Shown in pieces: positions 1-9,768 of a stretch of 64,000 nucleotides of DNA (the first letter of the stretch is position 1; each line of letters begins with the position of its first letter). Made by a program: the position numbers and the translations under genes. The notes beneath the pieces were generated by a model. It saw nothing but the letters and a program-made list of their open reading frames with translations, was not told the origin of the DNA and searched no databases. The stretch is from contig CADEHE010000003.1 of assembly GCA_902826775.1 (NCBI GenBank), forward strand, positions 431,892 to 495,891, read 5' to 3'. The DNA comes from an uncultured Pseudomonadota bacterium (GTDB lineage: Bacteria; Pseudomonadota; Gammaproteobacteria; Burkholderiales; JALYOK01).

Positions 1-127
1 GCGGCGATTCCAACTTGCACTTCACCAATATCGGCTAGAGACGTCGGCGCCCGCGCAGAAAGCTCTTTCGCGCAGCGCAGTGTTCGGGCAAGATGGCGGC
101 CCGCAACAACAATTCTTCTAACCATCA

Positions 128-1201
128 GTGAGCGACATTGAGTTCGTAGTTCATCAACGCATCGGTCACATCACCCTCAATCGCCCCGCCGCACTCAATG
201 CCTTGACCTTCGCGATGCTCAAGGCGATGCGCGCGCAAATGGAGGTTTGGGCCGCGGATGCAAACGTCAAGGCCGTGCTGGTACGCGGCGCGGGGGAAAA
301 GGCGTTCTGCGCGGGCGGCGATATCCGAGCGATCCGTGAGGATTTCTTGGCCGGCAATCGCGCCAACCCTCAGTTCTTCGCGTTCGAGTACGCCTTCGAC
401 TACTACCTTCACCATTACCCTAAGCCCTACATTGCCTGCATGCACGGCGTCGTCATGGGCGGCGGCATGGGCATCGCGCAGGGCTCGCCTCTGCGTATCG
501 TCAGCGATAACACGCGCATGGCGATGCCGGAAACGGCAATCGGCTTGTTTCCGGACGTCGGCGCCAGTTACTTTCTCTCGCGCTTGCCGGGCGCTTTGGG
601 CAGCTACTTAGGCGTGAGCGGCACGCATTTGCGTGCGGCCGATGCTCTTTACGCGGGTCTGGCCGACATCTACATCCCCAGCGCAAAGCTCCCAACCATC
701 GATAGGGTGCTGCACGATTGGCAAGGTGCCGATGGCAGCAGCGCCGATCTGCGGCAAGCGTTGCACTCGCTAGGGCAAGACAGGCTCCCCGATGCGCCGC
801 TGGCATCACTGCGGCCAGCGATCGATCAGCATTTCTCGCATGATTCGGTAACAAAGATAATGCGCTCTCTACGCGAAGAAACGCGCGACGAGTTTCGCAC
901 CTGGGCCGAGCAAACGCACGATTCGATGGGCAAGCGCTCGCCGCTGGCGATGTGCATCACACTGGAACAACTGCGCCGCGCCAAATCCCTCGCGCTGGCC
1001 GATTGCTTCCGCATGGAACTGAACCTCATCTTACGCACGCTCGAACGCGGTGACTTCATCGAGGGCGTGCGCGCACTGCTGGAGAAGAACGCGGCACGCT
1101 GGCAGCACGCGCGCGTAGAAGATGTGTCGGCGGAAGATATCGAGGCGGCTTTTTCGCCACTGTGGGACCAATACTCTCACCCCCTTGCCGCATTGAGGTA
1201 A
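128..1201 (+). CDS. enoyl-CoA hydratase/isomerase family protein, 3-hydroxyisobutyryl-CoA hydrolase-like
   Basis: 357-aa ORF with a GTG start. Crotonase N-terminus 'ITLNRPAALNAL...GEKAFCAGGDIRA'. The long C-terminal extension is typical of HIBCH-type members. Confidence 0.8.
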   Translation: MSDIEFVVHQRIGHITLNRPAALNALTFAMLKAMRAQMEVWAADANVKAVLVRGAGEKAFCAGGDIRAIREDFLAGNRANPQFFAFEYAFDYYLHHYPKPYIACMHGVVMGGGMGIAQGSPLRIVSDNTRMAMPETAIGLFPDVGASYFLSRLPGALGSYLGVSGTHLRAADALYAGLADIYIPSAKLPTIDRVLHDWQGADGSSADLRQALHSLGQDRLPDAPLASLRPAIDQHFSHDSVTKIMRSLREETRDEFRTWAEQTHDSMGKRSPLAMCITLEQLRRAKSLALADCFRMELNLILRTLERGDFIEGVRALLEKNAARWQHARVEDVSAEDIEAAFSPLWDQYSHPLAALR

Positions 1202-1261
1202 GTGAGATTTGAGCAGCACACCGATACATATCGGCGCGCCGACTGCGCTTTGCGCTTCCAG

Positions 1262-1495
1262 CTACCCTAAGTACTGCTTATACCAAGCGATCGCGTTTCG
1301 GGAAGATTGCGCAAAGCCGTTGATGTACGCGTCGAAATGGCCGCCGGGCAGAATAACGAGTTTCTTCGGTTCGCGGGCATTCTCGAACGCGTTAATCGCC
1401 ACATCCGTCGGCGTGAGGATATCGTTTTCGGCCACCATCATCAGAAACGGCGTCGGCGCGATGCGCGAGATATAAGTGCCGGTCCAGGTAGGCGA
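1262..1495 (-). pseudogene. C-terminal remnant of an alpha/beta-hydrolase (N-terminal two-thirds missing)
   Basis: My minus-strand translation reads '...TWTGTYISRIAPTPFLMMVAENDILTPTDVAINAFENAREPKKLVILPGGHFDAYINGFAQSSRNAIAWYKQYLG*'. This is the Asp/His end of an alpha/beta-hydrolase fold. The frame opens directly after the RND gene stop. No nucleophile-Ser region and no credible start codon are present. Confidence 0.55.
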
Positions 1496-1531
1496 GCGCC
1501 TGCCCGCTCCCAGTCGTCTTCTTATGGCTAA

Positions 1532-4500
1532 TCAGTCGTCGTGGCGCTGCGCCGGATGCGCCGCTACCACCCCACCGCCCGGTTGCGGGTGTCGCTCCAT
1601 CTTCTTCGCGAGCTTGCGCAACAACACGTAAAACACCGGCGTCAGCAGCAGTCCGAAAAATGTCACGCCCAGCATGCCGGCAAACACGGCAATACCCATG
1701 GCGCGCCGCATCTCCGCCCCCGCGCCGCTAGAAAGCACCAGCGGCACTACGCCCATAACGAACGCAAATGAAGTCATCAGGATGGGTCGCAAGCGCATGC
1801 GGCATGCATGGATCGCAGCGTCAACGATACTTTCGCCGCGATGCTCGAGTTCACGCGCAAACTCGACGATCAAGATCGCGTTCTTGCATGCCAACCCGAC
1901 CAGCACGATAAATCCGATCTGCGTAAAGATGTTGTTGTCGCCACCCATCCCGAACCTGCCGAACGCCCACACGCCGAAGATCGCCGATAGCAGCGCCATC
2001 GGCACGATTAGCACGACAGCCAGAGGAAGCGTCCAACTCTCGTAGAGCGCGGCCAACACAAGAAATGCCAGCAACACGCACAACGGAAAGACGAAAATCG
2101 CGGTGTTCCCGGCGAGTATTTGTTGGTACGCCAGCTCGGTCCACTCGAATTCGAGTCCGCTCGGCAGCGTTTCGCGCGCCAGCGTTTCCATTAGCGCTTG
2201 CCCTTGGCCGCTGCTGAATCCCGGCAGCGGGCTGGCGTTGACGTCGGCAGCGAGATAGGCGTTGTAGCGCATGGCGCGGTCCGGCCCGTAGCTCGGCTCG
2301 ACCTTCAGCACCGACCCCAGCGGCACCATTTCGCCGCGCGCGTTGCGCGTCTTTAGCTGCATGATGTCTTCGGCGTGCGATCGGTATGGCGCATCGGCCT
2401 GCGCAATGACTTGATACGTGCGCCCGAAGCGATTGAAGTCGTTGACGTACAGGGAGCCGAGATAAATCTGCATGGTTTCGAATACATCGGTGATCGCCAC
2501 GCCTAGTTGCTTGGCTTTGACGCGATCGACCTCAGCGCGCAACTGCGGCACGTTGATCTGAAAACTTGAAAACGTTGCGTACGGATTGATTACCCCGGAA
2601 CCGCGCGCCTTGTTGAGCAGATTCTGTGTCGCTTTGTATAGTTCCTCGTAGCCGAGGTCGCCGCGGTCTTCCACCATCATCTTAAAGCCGCCGCTGGTGC
2701 CCAAACCCAGGATCGGCGGCGGCTGCAGCACGAACACGAAACCGTCTTCGATCACACTCAATTTCTGATTCAGCGCGCCGGCGATTTCCACCCCGCTCAT
2801 GCCCGGACCTTTGCGCTTGGAAAAGTCCTTCAGCGTGAAGAACACGATGCCGGCGTTCGGCGCGTTCGAGAAACCGGCGATCGACAAGCCCGGGAACGCC
2901 ACGGAGTGACTAACACCGGGATGTTCAAGTGCCATCGTCGACATGCGCCGAATCACCGCTTCAGTGCGATCCAATGACGAAGCGTCCGGCAGTTGCGCGA
3001 TGCCGATCAAATAATTCTTATCCTGTTCCGGAACGTAACCGCTCGGCACTTCGCGGAACATGTAGTAAGTCGCGCCTATGAGCGCAACGTAAACGAGCAT
3101 CGCCACCGACTTAACTTTGAGCACGCGCCCCACTCCGCCCGCGTAGGCGTGCGAAGACCATTTGAACATGCGATTGAACGGTCGAAACACCCAGCCGAAC
3201 AGCGTGTCGAGCACACGTGTCAAGAAGTCCGGTTTCGCGTCATGCGGCTTCAGCAAGAGCCGGCACAACGCCGGACTCAACGTAAGCGAGTTGAAAGCAG
3301 AGATCACCGTCGATATGGCGATCGTCAAAGCGAACTGACGATAAAACTGGCCGGTAAGCCCGCTGATGAAGGCGATTGGAATGAACACCGCGCACAACAC
3401 CAAACCGATCGCGATGATCGGGCCGCTAACCTCTTGCATTGCCTTGTAGGTTGCATCGCGCGGACTTAGCCCCGCTTCGATGTTGCGTTCGACGTTCTCC
3501 ACCACGACAATGGCATCGTCCACGACGATACCGATCGCCAGCACCAAACCGAACAGCGTCAGCGCGTTAATAGAAAACCCGAACGCGAGCATCAAAGCGA
3601 ACGTGCCGACGATCGACACGGGCACTGCCAGCAACGGGATGATCGAGGCGCGCCAGGTCTGCAAGAACAAAATGACTACCAGCACGACGAGGCTGATCGC
3701 CTCGAGCAAGGTGATGACCACGGCCTTAATCGAATCGCGCACGAATACCGTTGGGTCATAGACGATGTCGTAGTCGATTCCCTGCGGGAAGGCCTTCTTG
3801 ATGTCGACCATGGCGGCGCGCACATCGTCGGAGATTTGTATCGCATTCGAGCCTGGCGCCTGCCAGACCACCACCGCCACAGCCGGCTTGTTGTTGAGCA
3901 AGCTGCGCAAAGCGTACTGCGACGCGCCTAGTTCGGCGCGAGCAACGTCTCTCAAGCGCGTGACTGCGCCGTCGGCCCCGGCCTTAACGATGATGTCGCC
4001 GAACTGCTCCTCCGTCACTAAGCGGCCGCCGGCATTGACGGTCAATTGATAGTCGGCATCCTTTGCTGCAGGCGGCGCGCCGATCGTACCGGCCGCCACT
4101 TGCACGTTTTGCTCGCGCACCGCGCGCACGACGTCAGCCGCCGTCATATCGCGGGCTGCGATTTTCTGCGGATCCAGCCACAAGCGCATGGAATAGTCGC
4201 CGGCGCCGAATATCTCCACTTGACCGGTGCCGCGGATGCGCTTGAGCCGGTCTTTCACATTGAGCACCGCGTAATTGCGCAAATACACTTCGTCGTAGCG
4301 CGCATCGGGCGAGAGCAAGTGGACCACCAATGTCAGATCGGGCGAGCTTTTCACTACAGTCACGCCCAAACGCCGCACGTCTTCCGGCAAACGCGGCTCC
4401 GCCTGGCCGACGCGGTTTTGCACCATCACCTGGGCTTGGTCGACGTCCGTGCCGAGTTTGAAGGTCACCGTCAACTGCATGACACCGTCGCTGGTCGAAC

Positions 4501-4747
4501 CCGACTCCATATACAGCATGTTCTCGACGCCGTTGATCGCCTCCTCGAGCGGCGCCGCCACGGTCTCGGCGATGACTTTGGGGTTTGCACCCGGGTAAAC
4601 GGCACGAACCACCACTGAGGGCGGCACGACTTCCGGGTATTCGCTAATCGGCAACTGGATCAACGCCAGCAAACCGGCGACGAAAATGACGATGGAAAGT
4701 ACCGCGGCGAAAATCGGCCGATCGATAAAAAAGCGCGAGATATTCAT
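1532..4747 (-). CDS. RND (HAE1) multidrug efflux permease, AcrB/MexB family
   Basis: ORF 1532..4801, trimmed to the ATG that gives 'MNISRFFIDRPIFAAVLSI'. About 1070 aa and contains 'DDAIVVVENVER'. It starts 7 nt after the stop of the upstream membrane-fusion gene. Confidence 0.93.
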   Translation of the reverse strand: MNISRFFIDRPIFAAVLSIVIFVAGLLALIQLPISEYPEVVPPSVVVRAVYPGANPKVIAETVAAPLEEAINGVENMLYMESGSTSDGVMQLTVTFKLGTDVDQAQVMVQNRVGQAEPRLPEDVRRLGVTVVKSSPDLTLVVHLLSPDARYDEVYLRNYAVLNVKDRLKRIRGTGQVEIFGAGDYSMRLWLDPQKIAARDMTAADVVRAVREQNVQVAAGTIGAPPAAKDADYQLTVNAGGRLVTEEQFGDIIVKAGADGAVTRLRDVARAELGASQYALRSLLNNKPAVAVVVWQAPGSNAIQISDDVRAAMVDIKKAFPQGIDYDIVYDPTVFVRDSIKAVVITLLEAISLVVLVVILFLQTWRASIIPLLAVPVSIVGTFALMLAFGFSINALTLFGLVLAIGIVVDDAIVVVENVERNIEAGLSPRDATYKAMQEVSGPIIAIGLVLCAVFIPIAFISGLTGQFYRQFALTIAISTVISAFNSLTLSPALCRLLLKPHDAKPDFLTRVLDTLFGWVFRPFNRMFKWSSHAYAGGVGRVLKVKSVAMLVYVALIGATYYMFREVPSGYVPEQDKNYLIGIAQLPDASSLDRTEAVIRRMSTMALEHPGVSHSVAFPGLSIAGFSNAPNAGIVFFTLKDFSKRKGPGMSGVEIAGALNQKLSVIEDGFVFVLQPPPILGLGTSGGFKMMVEDRGDLGYEELYKATQNLLNKARGSGVINPYATFSSFQINVPQLRAEVDRVKAKQLGVAITDVFETMQIYLGSLYVNDFNRFGRTYQVIAQADAPYRSHAEDIMQLKTRNARGEMVPLGSVLKVEPSYGPDRAMRYNAYLAADVNASPLPGFSSGQGQALMETLARETLPSGLEFEWTELAYQQILAGNTAIFVFPLCVLLAFLVLAALYESWTLPLAVVLIVPMALLSAIFGVWAFGRFGMGGDNNIFTQIGFIVLVGLACKNAILIVEFARELEHRGESIVDAAIHACRMRLRPILMTSFAFVMGVVPLVLSSGAGAEMRRAMGIAVFAGMLGVTFFGLLLTPVFYVLLRKLAKKMERHPQPGGGVVAAHPAQRHDD

Positions 4748-4754
4748 GCGGCGG

Positions 4755-6008
4755 CTATTTCTTCTCGGTCGCCGCGGCGTCTTTGGCGGCGCCCTTTGCA
4801 TCCGCGGCTGCCGCCGGAACCTTGGCAGGTTCGCCTTCCATCGGCACTTTTTGCGGCGAGATCGGCATCCCCGGCCGCACGCGCGCCATGACGTTGGCCA
4901 TTACGATCAGTTCACCCGGCTTCAGCCCTTCCTTGACCACGCGCAACCCGTCGACCATCGGCCCCAACTTCACTGGCCGGTACTCGACCGTATTGTTCGC
5001 GCCCACCGCCAGCACGAATTTTTGATTTTGGTCGGTGCCCACGGTGCGGTCGTTGATCAGCAGCGCCTTGTAGGTTCCGCTGCCGACCAGCTTTAGTCGC
5101 GCGAACAAACCCGGTGTGAACAAGCGTTCCTTGTTGCTGAACACAGCTCGTGCGCGGATCGTGCCGGTTTTAGGATCAAGTTGGTTGTCGACGAAATCCA
5201 TCTGCCCTTCGTGCGGGAAACCGGTCTCGTTGGCCAGTCCCATGAAGATGGGATTGCGCACCTCGCGCGAACTGGCGCGTTCACCGGCGCGGGCCAACGC
5301 GACGTACTTCAAATAGATTTGCTCGTCGCCATCGAAGTAGGCGTAGATCGGATCAAGCGCCACGATGGTGGTCAGCAACGTACCTTCCGGCGGCCCGGAG
5401 TTGACCAAGTTGCCCAATGTCACCTCCGCCTTGCCGACACGTCCGGCGATCGGCGCGCGCACCGTGCTGAACTCGACGTTCAGGCGTGCCGTTTCCACCG
5501 CGGCCTGCGCCGCGCGGATCTGCGCCCCCGCTTCGCGCTGCTCGCTTTGGCGCTCTTGCAGGTTATCTTTTGAGACGAACTTATCGCGCATCAACTCCTC
5601 TGCGCGCTTCAGGCGCAGCCCCGCCAACTCCGCGCGGCTGCGCGCGCTCGCGAGTTCCGCCTGCGCGCGCTTTAAATCCGCCTCGTACGGGCGCGGGTCG
5701 ATCACTACGAGGATGTCACCCCTGCTAACTTCGGCGCCCTCGCGGAAGTTGATGCTCTTGATGTAGCCCGACACGCGCGGTCGCACTGCGACTTGCTGCG
5801 CCGCTTCGAGCCGGCCGGAGAACTCGTCGTATTCCTTGACGTCGCGCTCGATTACGGCGGCTACGCTAACCGGTGGCGGTGGCGGTGCCGCTGGCGCGGC
5901 CCCTGCAGCCGGGGTCTCGCTTGGCGCTGGTTTGCACGCGCCCACTGCGAGTGCAACCGCGATAATTATTGGACCAGCCAGGCAGCGAATGGAAAGCGGA
6001 GTCGTCAT
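4755..6008 (-). CDS. RND efflux membrane-fusion (periplasmic adaptor) lipoprotein
   Basis: The internal ATG gives 'MTTPLSIRCLAGPIIIAVALAVGAC', a lipobox. Adaptor-like core 'RPRVSGYI...GDILVVIDPRPY' with a coiled-coil segment. It is adjacent to the RND permease. Confidence 0.88.
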   Translation of the reverse strand: MTTPLSIRCLAGPIIIAVALAVGACKPAPSETPAAGAAPAAPPPPPVSVAAVIERDVKEYDEFSGRLEAAQQVAVRPRVSGYIKSINFREGAEVSRGDILVVIDPRPYEADLKRAQAELASARSRAELAGLRLKRAEELMRDKFVSKDNLQERQSEQREAGAQIRAAQAAVETARLNVEFSTVRAPIAGRVGKAEVTLGNLVNSGPPEGTLLTTIVALDPIYAYFDGDEQIYLKYVALARAGERASSREVRNPIFMGLANETGFPHEGQMDFVDNQLDPKTGTIRARAVFSNKERLFTPGLFARLKLVGSGTYKALLINDRTVGTDQNQKFVLAVGANNTVEYRPVKLGPMVDGLRVVKEGLKPGELIVMANVMARVRPGMPISPQKVPMEGEPAKVPAAAADAKGAAKDAAATEKK

Positions 6009-6091
6009 AGAGCAAGCCTCGGCAACGGCCACCGGCGCCGCGCCTTTTGTCGTTCAGGATGCCCAAATACTACTACAGCGCCCGGTCTCGC

Positions 6092-6868
6092 CTAGCGGTG
6101 CTTGAAGCTGGGCTTGCGCTTTTCCGCAAACGCCGTCATGCCCTCTTTTTGGTCTTCGGTGCCGAAGGTGGAGTGGAACAGCCGCCGCTCGAAGCGCACG
6201 CCCTCGCCCAGTGTCGTCTCGAACGCGCGATTCACCGATTCTTTTGCCATCATGACGATCGGCAGCGATAAGTCAGCGATTTTCTGTGCGGTCTTGATCG
6301 CTTCTTGCACCAGATCGGCAGCGGGTACTATGCGGCTCACCAAGCCGCATCGCTCCGCTTCCTGCGCATCCATCATGCGCCCGGTCAGCGCCATTTCCAT
6401 CGCCTTGGATTTACCGACGAAGCGCGGTAGACGTTGCGTTCCCCCAGCACCGGGAATAGTGCCGATGGTGATTTCCGGCTGACCGAACTTCGCCGTCTCC
6501 GCAGCAAGAATAAAGTCGCACATCATCGCCATCTCGCAGCCGCCGCCGAGTGCATAGCCCGCTACGGCGGCGATAATCGGCTTGCGGCATTGCGCGACGC
6601 GCTCCCAATCGGCGGTAATGAAATCGGCTTTGTACACGTCCATGTAGTCCCAGCCCTTCATTACCTTGATGTCAGCGCCGGCGGCGAACGCCTTCTCGCT
6701 GCCCGTGATCACCAGGCAGCGGATGTTCTCGTCGGCTTCGAACGCTGCGACCGCTCCGCCCAACTCTTTGACTAGCGCGGGCGATAATGCATTCAGCGCT
6801 TGCGGGCGATTGAGGCGGATCAGACCGACGTTGCCGTGGGTTTCGACCAGGATATTTTCGTAGACCAT
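6092..6868 (-). CDS. enoyl-CoA hydratase (crotonase)
   Basis: '[28 protein letters not shown]...[11 protein letters not shown]...[11 protein letters not shown]'. I use the ATG at 6868, because the ORF-track start at 6880 is a TTG. Confidence 0.9.
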   Translation of the reverse strand: MVYENILVETHGNVGLIRLNRPQALNALSPALVKELGGAVAAFEADENIRCLVITGSEKAFAAGADIKVMKGWDYMDVYKADFITADWERVAQCRKPIIAAVAGYALGGGCEMAMMCDFILAAETAKFGQPEITIGTIPGAGGTQRLPRFVGKSKAMEMALTGRMMDAQEAERCGLVSRIVPAADLVQEAIKTAQKIADLSLPIVMMAKESVNRAFETTLGEGVRFERRLFHSTFGTEDQKEGMTAFAEKRKPSFKHR

Positions 6869-6995
6869 GATGGAGATCAATTGAAGTCCAAGATGAGTTC
6901 GATTCTAACTCGGCGCAGCCAAGTCTCCCACCGCATGCCGCCGCTGGCATTGATCTGCGTAGAATAGCGACAAATCTTGCAGAGTGGAGCGCAGC

Positions 6996-7751
6996 ATGAA
7001 CTTCGATTTCAAAGGGGCTCGGGTTGTCGTCTGCGGCGGCAGTCGCGGCATCGGCCGCTCGATCGCGCTTGGATTTGCCGAGGCGGGCGCGGCGGTGTCG
7101 GTGTGTGCGCGCAAGGCAGATGCGCTCGCCGCGGTACGCACCGAGTTGGCTCGTTTCGGCCAAACCGTGCATACCGGCGTTTGCGATCTTGCCAAAGCAG
7201 ACGATATCGCACAGTACGTCACGCAGGCCGCTGCCGCGCTTGGCGGCATCGATGTGCTGGTCAACAACGCTTCGGGCTTCGGTATGGGCAACGACGAGGC
7301 GGCATGGGCAGCGGGACTGGATGTTGATGTGATGGCCACGGTACGCGCCTCAGCCGCGGCGGAAGTGTTCCTGCTTGCTTCGAAACGCGCAGCGATCGTC
7401 AATGTTTCTTCGATCTCCGGCTACCGCGCCTCGGCACGCACGCCAGCCTATGCAGCGGCAAAAGCGGCCATCATCAACTACACCAGTTCCCAGGCCGCGC
7501 TTTTGGCGCGCAAGGGTGTGCGTGTGAATTGCGTGGCGCCAGGTTCGATCGAATTCCCCGGCGGATTATGGGACCAACGCAAAACTTCCGCGCCGGAACT
7601 GTATAACAGCATTCTGAAGAGCATTCCGTTCGGACGCATGGGTAAACCGGAAGAAGTAGCAAACCTCGTTCTATTCCTCGCCTCGCCACTGGCCAGTTGG
7701 ATCACCGGCCAGAGCGTGCAGGTAGACGGCGGCCAGCTACTCGGCGCGTAA
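6996..7751 (+). CDS. SDR family short-chain dehydrogenase/reductase
   Basis: 'MNFDFKGARVVVCGGSRGIGRSIA' is a TGxxxGxG-type NAD(P) site. 'YAAAKAAI' is the YxxxK motif. Size about 251 aa. Confidence 0.88.
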   Translation: MNFDFKGARVVVCGGSRGIGRSIALGFAEAGAAVSVCARKADALAAVRTELARFGQTVHTGVCDLAKADDIAQYVTQAAAALGGIDVLVNNASGFGMGNDEAAWAAGLDVDVMATVRASAAAEVFLLASKRAAIVNVSSISGYRASARTPAYAAAKAAIINYTSSQAALLARKGVRVNCVAPGSIEFPGGLWDQRKTSAPELYNSILKSIPFGRMGKPEEVANLVLFLASPLASWITGQSVQVDGGQLLGA

Positions 7752-7753
7752 CG

Positions 7754-9670
7754 GTGAGCCTGAACGCATTGCAGCGCGCGTTTCGGGCTGCGCTGGCCGC
7801 AGCGCTATTTTGCTGCGGCGGCGCCGCACGCAGCAATAGCGTTGAAGTGCTGACCAACAACTACGACAACGCACGCAGCGGCGCGAACTTGCACGAACGC
7901 ATTTTGAACGCCACGAACGTGACGCCGAAGACTTTCGGGCGCATGTTCAGCTACGCGGTGGATGGACCGGTGTTTGCGCAGCCGCTCATTGCAGTTGCAG
8001 TCTCTGTAGCGCAAGGCGAGGCGCGCGATCTTGTTTTCATCGCCACCGGCAGCAATTCTGTGTACGCCTTCGCTGCGGGCGGGGCCGATGGTAACGCGGC
8101 GCCGCTGTGGCAGCGCACGCTCACGCGCTTACCGCAAGGCACCGCGGCGATACCGAGCGGCATTCTCAGCACCCCGGTCATCGATCGCGCGACCAACACC
8201 CTTTACGTCGTAGCCAGTTTGCAGCATGAGAGCCAGCCGCACTTCGTGTTGCACGCGCTCGACCTGCGTGACGGCAGCGACAAGTCGGCCGGTCCGATTG
8301 CGATCAACGGCGCGGTTCAAGTTGACGATGTTAGCGTGGCGTTCGCGCCTACGCCGACGCGCATCGCGGTGCAGCGCGCGGCGTTGGCCTTGGCGGCGAA
8401 CAAAGTCATCATTGCCTTCGGCGGCGACTATTTTGAAGGCTGGGTATTCGCCTACGACAAGACCGATTTGCGCAAAGCCCCAGCGGCGTTTTGCACCACT
8501 TGCGCCAGCCGTGTGGCGGCGCTTTCGAAAGTCGACTACCTTGACCAACGCTGTATCGCGCTCGGACCGGGCGGCGGCATCTGGCAGGCGGGCCGCGGGC
8601 CTGTGGTGGACGAGCGCGGCTTAGTTTATTTTTTCACCGGCAACAAACAGCACGTCATCAAAGACAGCTGCATCATCCCCTACGCCCGCAACGCCTGTGC
8701 CGTGTGCGGCACCGAGGGCGGCTGCGAATGCAAGGGCAACCGCTCGGCTAACGTTTGCCGCGGACCGGATGCATGCAACGCCAACGCCGCGAAGGATCAG
8801 CGCGCGTTCGACACCAACGAAGCGCTGATCGCGCTCGATGCGCACAATGGCCTGTCGCTGAAGAGCTGGTTTCGCCCCGCCAACTGGGACGCGGCCGGCG
8901 TCAATGGGCTTGAGATCAACGATCTCGATCTGGGCGGCTCCGGCCCGTTGCTGCTCCCGGACACGCAGCACTTGGTCGGCGGCGGCAAGCAAGGCGTCGT
9001 GTATTTGCTCGATACGCGGCGCGCTGCGGACTGCGTAGCCTCGCCCACGCAAACGTGCATTGCCGCGCGGCCAGTGCAGAGTTTTCAAGTCGCGCCGACA
9101 CCGCCGCGCCCGAACGAATACTTCCGTCACATCCTTGGTGGGCCGGTGCTGTGGGCGCGCGGGCGCAATGCCGGGGACGCGCGCTTGTTCCTCTGGCGGC
9201 AGAACGACTATCTGCGCAGTTACGTGCTCGATGCGACGTTCGCGGGTTGCAGTGCCACAGAGGCAGCGCCTGATACGACGCATCGCTGTGAAGCGATCGC
9301 GCTGGGCGAAGAGTTCATCGACAGCAAGCATCCCGGCGGCATCCTCACTATCTCGGCGAACGGCGCTGATCCGGCGAGCGCGATCGTGTGGGCGGCGACC
9401 AATGCGTCGAATAGCGGGCCGGGCAAGCTCATAGCCTATGGCGCGCAACCGCCGGAGAGCGCACCGCGTGTGTTAGTGAAACTATGGGATAGCGAGACAT
9501 GTACCGAGGATCAAGTGCCGCTCGGCTCGGATTTCACGCCGCCGACCGTCGCCAACGGCAAGGTATACCTGCCTACGGGAGTCAATCGCGTCGACGTGCT
9601 TGGATTGATCGAAAGCAAAACCTGCACGCCGGTGCCGCCGCAGCCGAACATGGGACCGATGCTGCAGTAA
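7754..9670 (+). CDS. secreted PQQ-like beta-propeller repeat protein with Cys-rich insert (function unknown)
   Basis: A GTG lies 2 nt after the SDR stop and gives the signal-like 'SLNALQRAFRAALAAALFCCGGAA'. 'NNYDNARSGANLHE...VDGPVFAQPL' and repeated 'G..VYA/LD..TG'-type blades suggest a propeller. A Cys-rich segment follows: 'CAVCGTEGGCECKGNRSANVCRGPDAC'. Confidence 0.6.
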   Translation: MSLNALQRAFRAALAAALFCCGGAARSNSVEVLTNNYDNARSGANLHERILNATNVTPKTFGRMFSYAVDGPVFAQPLIAVAVSVAQGEARDLVFIATGSNSVYAFAAGGADGNAAPLWQRTLTRLPQGTAAIPSGILSTPVIDRATNTLYVVASLQHESQPHFVLHALDLRDGSDKSAGPIAINGAVQVDDVSVAFAPTPTRIAVQRAALALAANKVIIAFGGDYFEGWVFAYDKTDLRKAPAAFCTTCASRVAALSKVDYLDQRCIALGPGGGIWQAGRGPVVDERGLVYFFTGNKQHVIKDSCIIPYARNACAVCGTEGGCECKGNRSANVCRGPDACNANAAKDQRAFDTNEALIALDAHNGLSLKSWFRPANWDAAGVNGLEINDLDLGGSGPLLLPDTQHLVGGGKQGVVYLLDTRRAADCVASPTQTCIAARPVQSFQVAPTPPRPNEYFRHILGGPVLWARGRNAGDARLFLWRQNDYLRSYVLDATFAGCSATEAAPDTTHRCEAIALGEEFIDSKHPGGILTISANGADPASAIVWAATNASNSGPGKLIAYGAQPPESAPRVLVKLWDSETCTEDQVPLGSDFTPPTVANGKVYLPTGVNRVDVLGLIESKTCTPVPPQPNMGPMLQ

Positions 9671-9699
9671 TACTACCTGGAGGGTAACCTCAAGAGCGT

Positions 9700-9768
9700 T
9701 TCTGAATGCTACTCAGTCCGCTATCCTCATTACAGGATATAGCGGCAGCGACGCCAGTAGATTCAGAA
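9700..9768. terminator. nested imperfect palindrome between convergent genes (possible bidirectional terminator)
   Basis: Outer arms are ttctgaatgctact (9700-9713) and agtagattcagaa (9756-9768). Inner arms are ccgctatcct (9718-9727) and aggatatagcgg (9734-9745). There is no U-tract. The right arm overlaps the ACAD stop codon. Confidence 0.3.

Noticed and set aside
1-38. Possible last codons of an upstream plus-strand gene ('...GDSNLHFTNIG*')
   Set aside because: Only 12 codons are visible. This is too little to support a feature.
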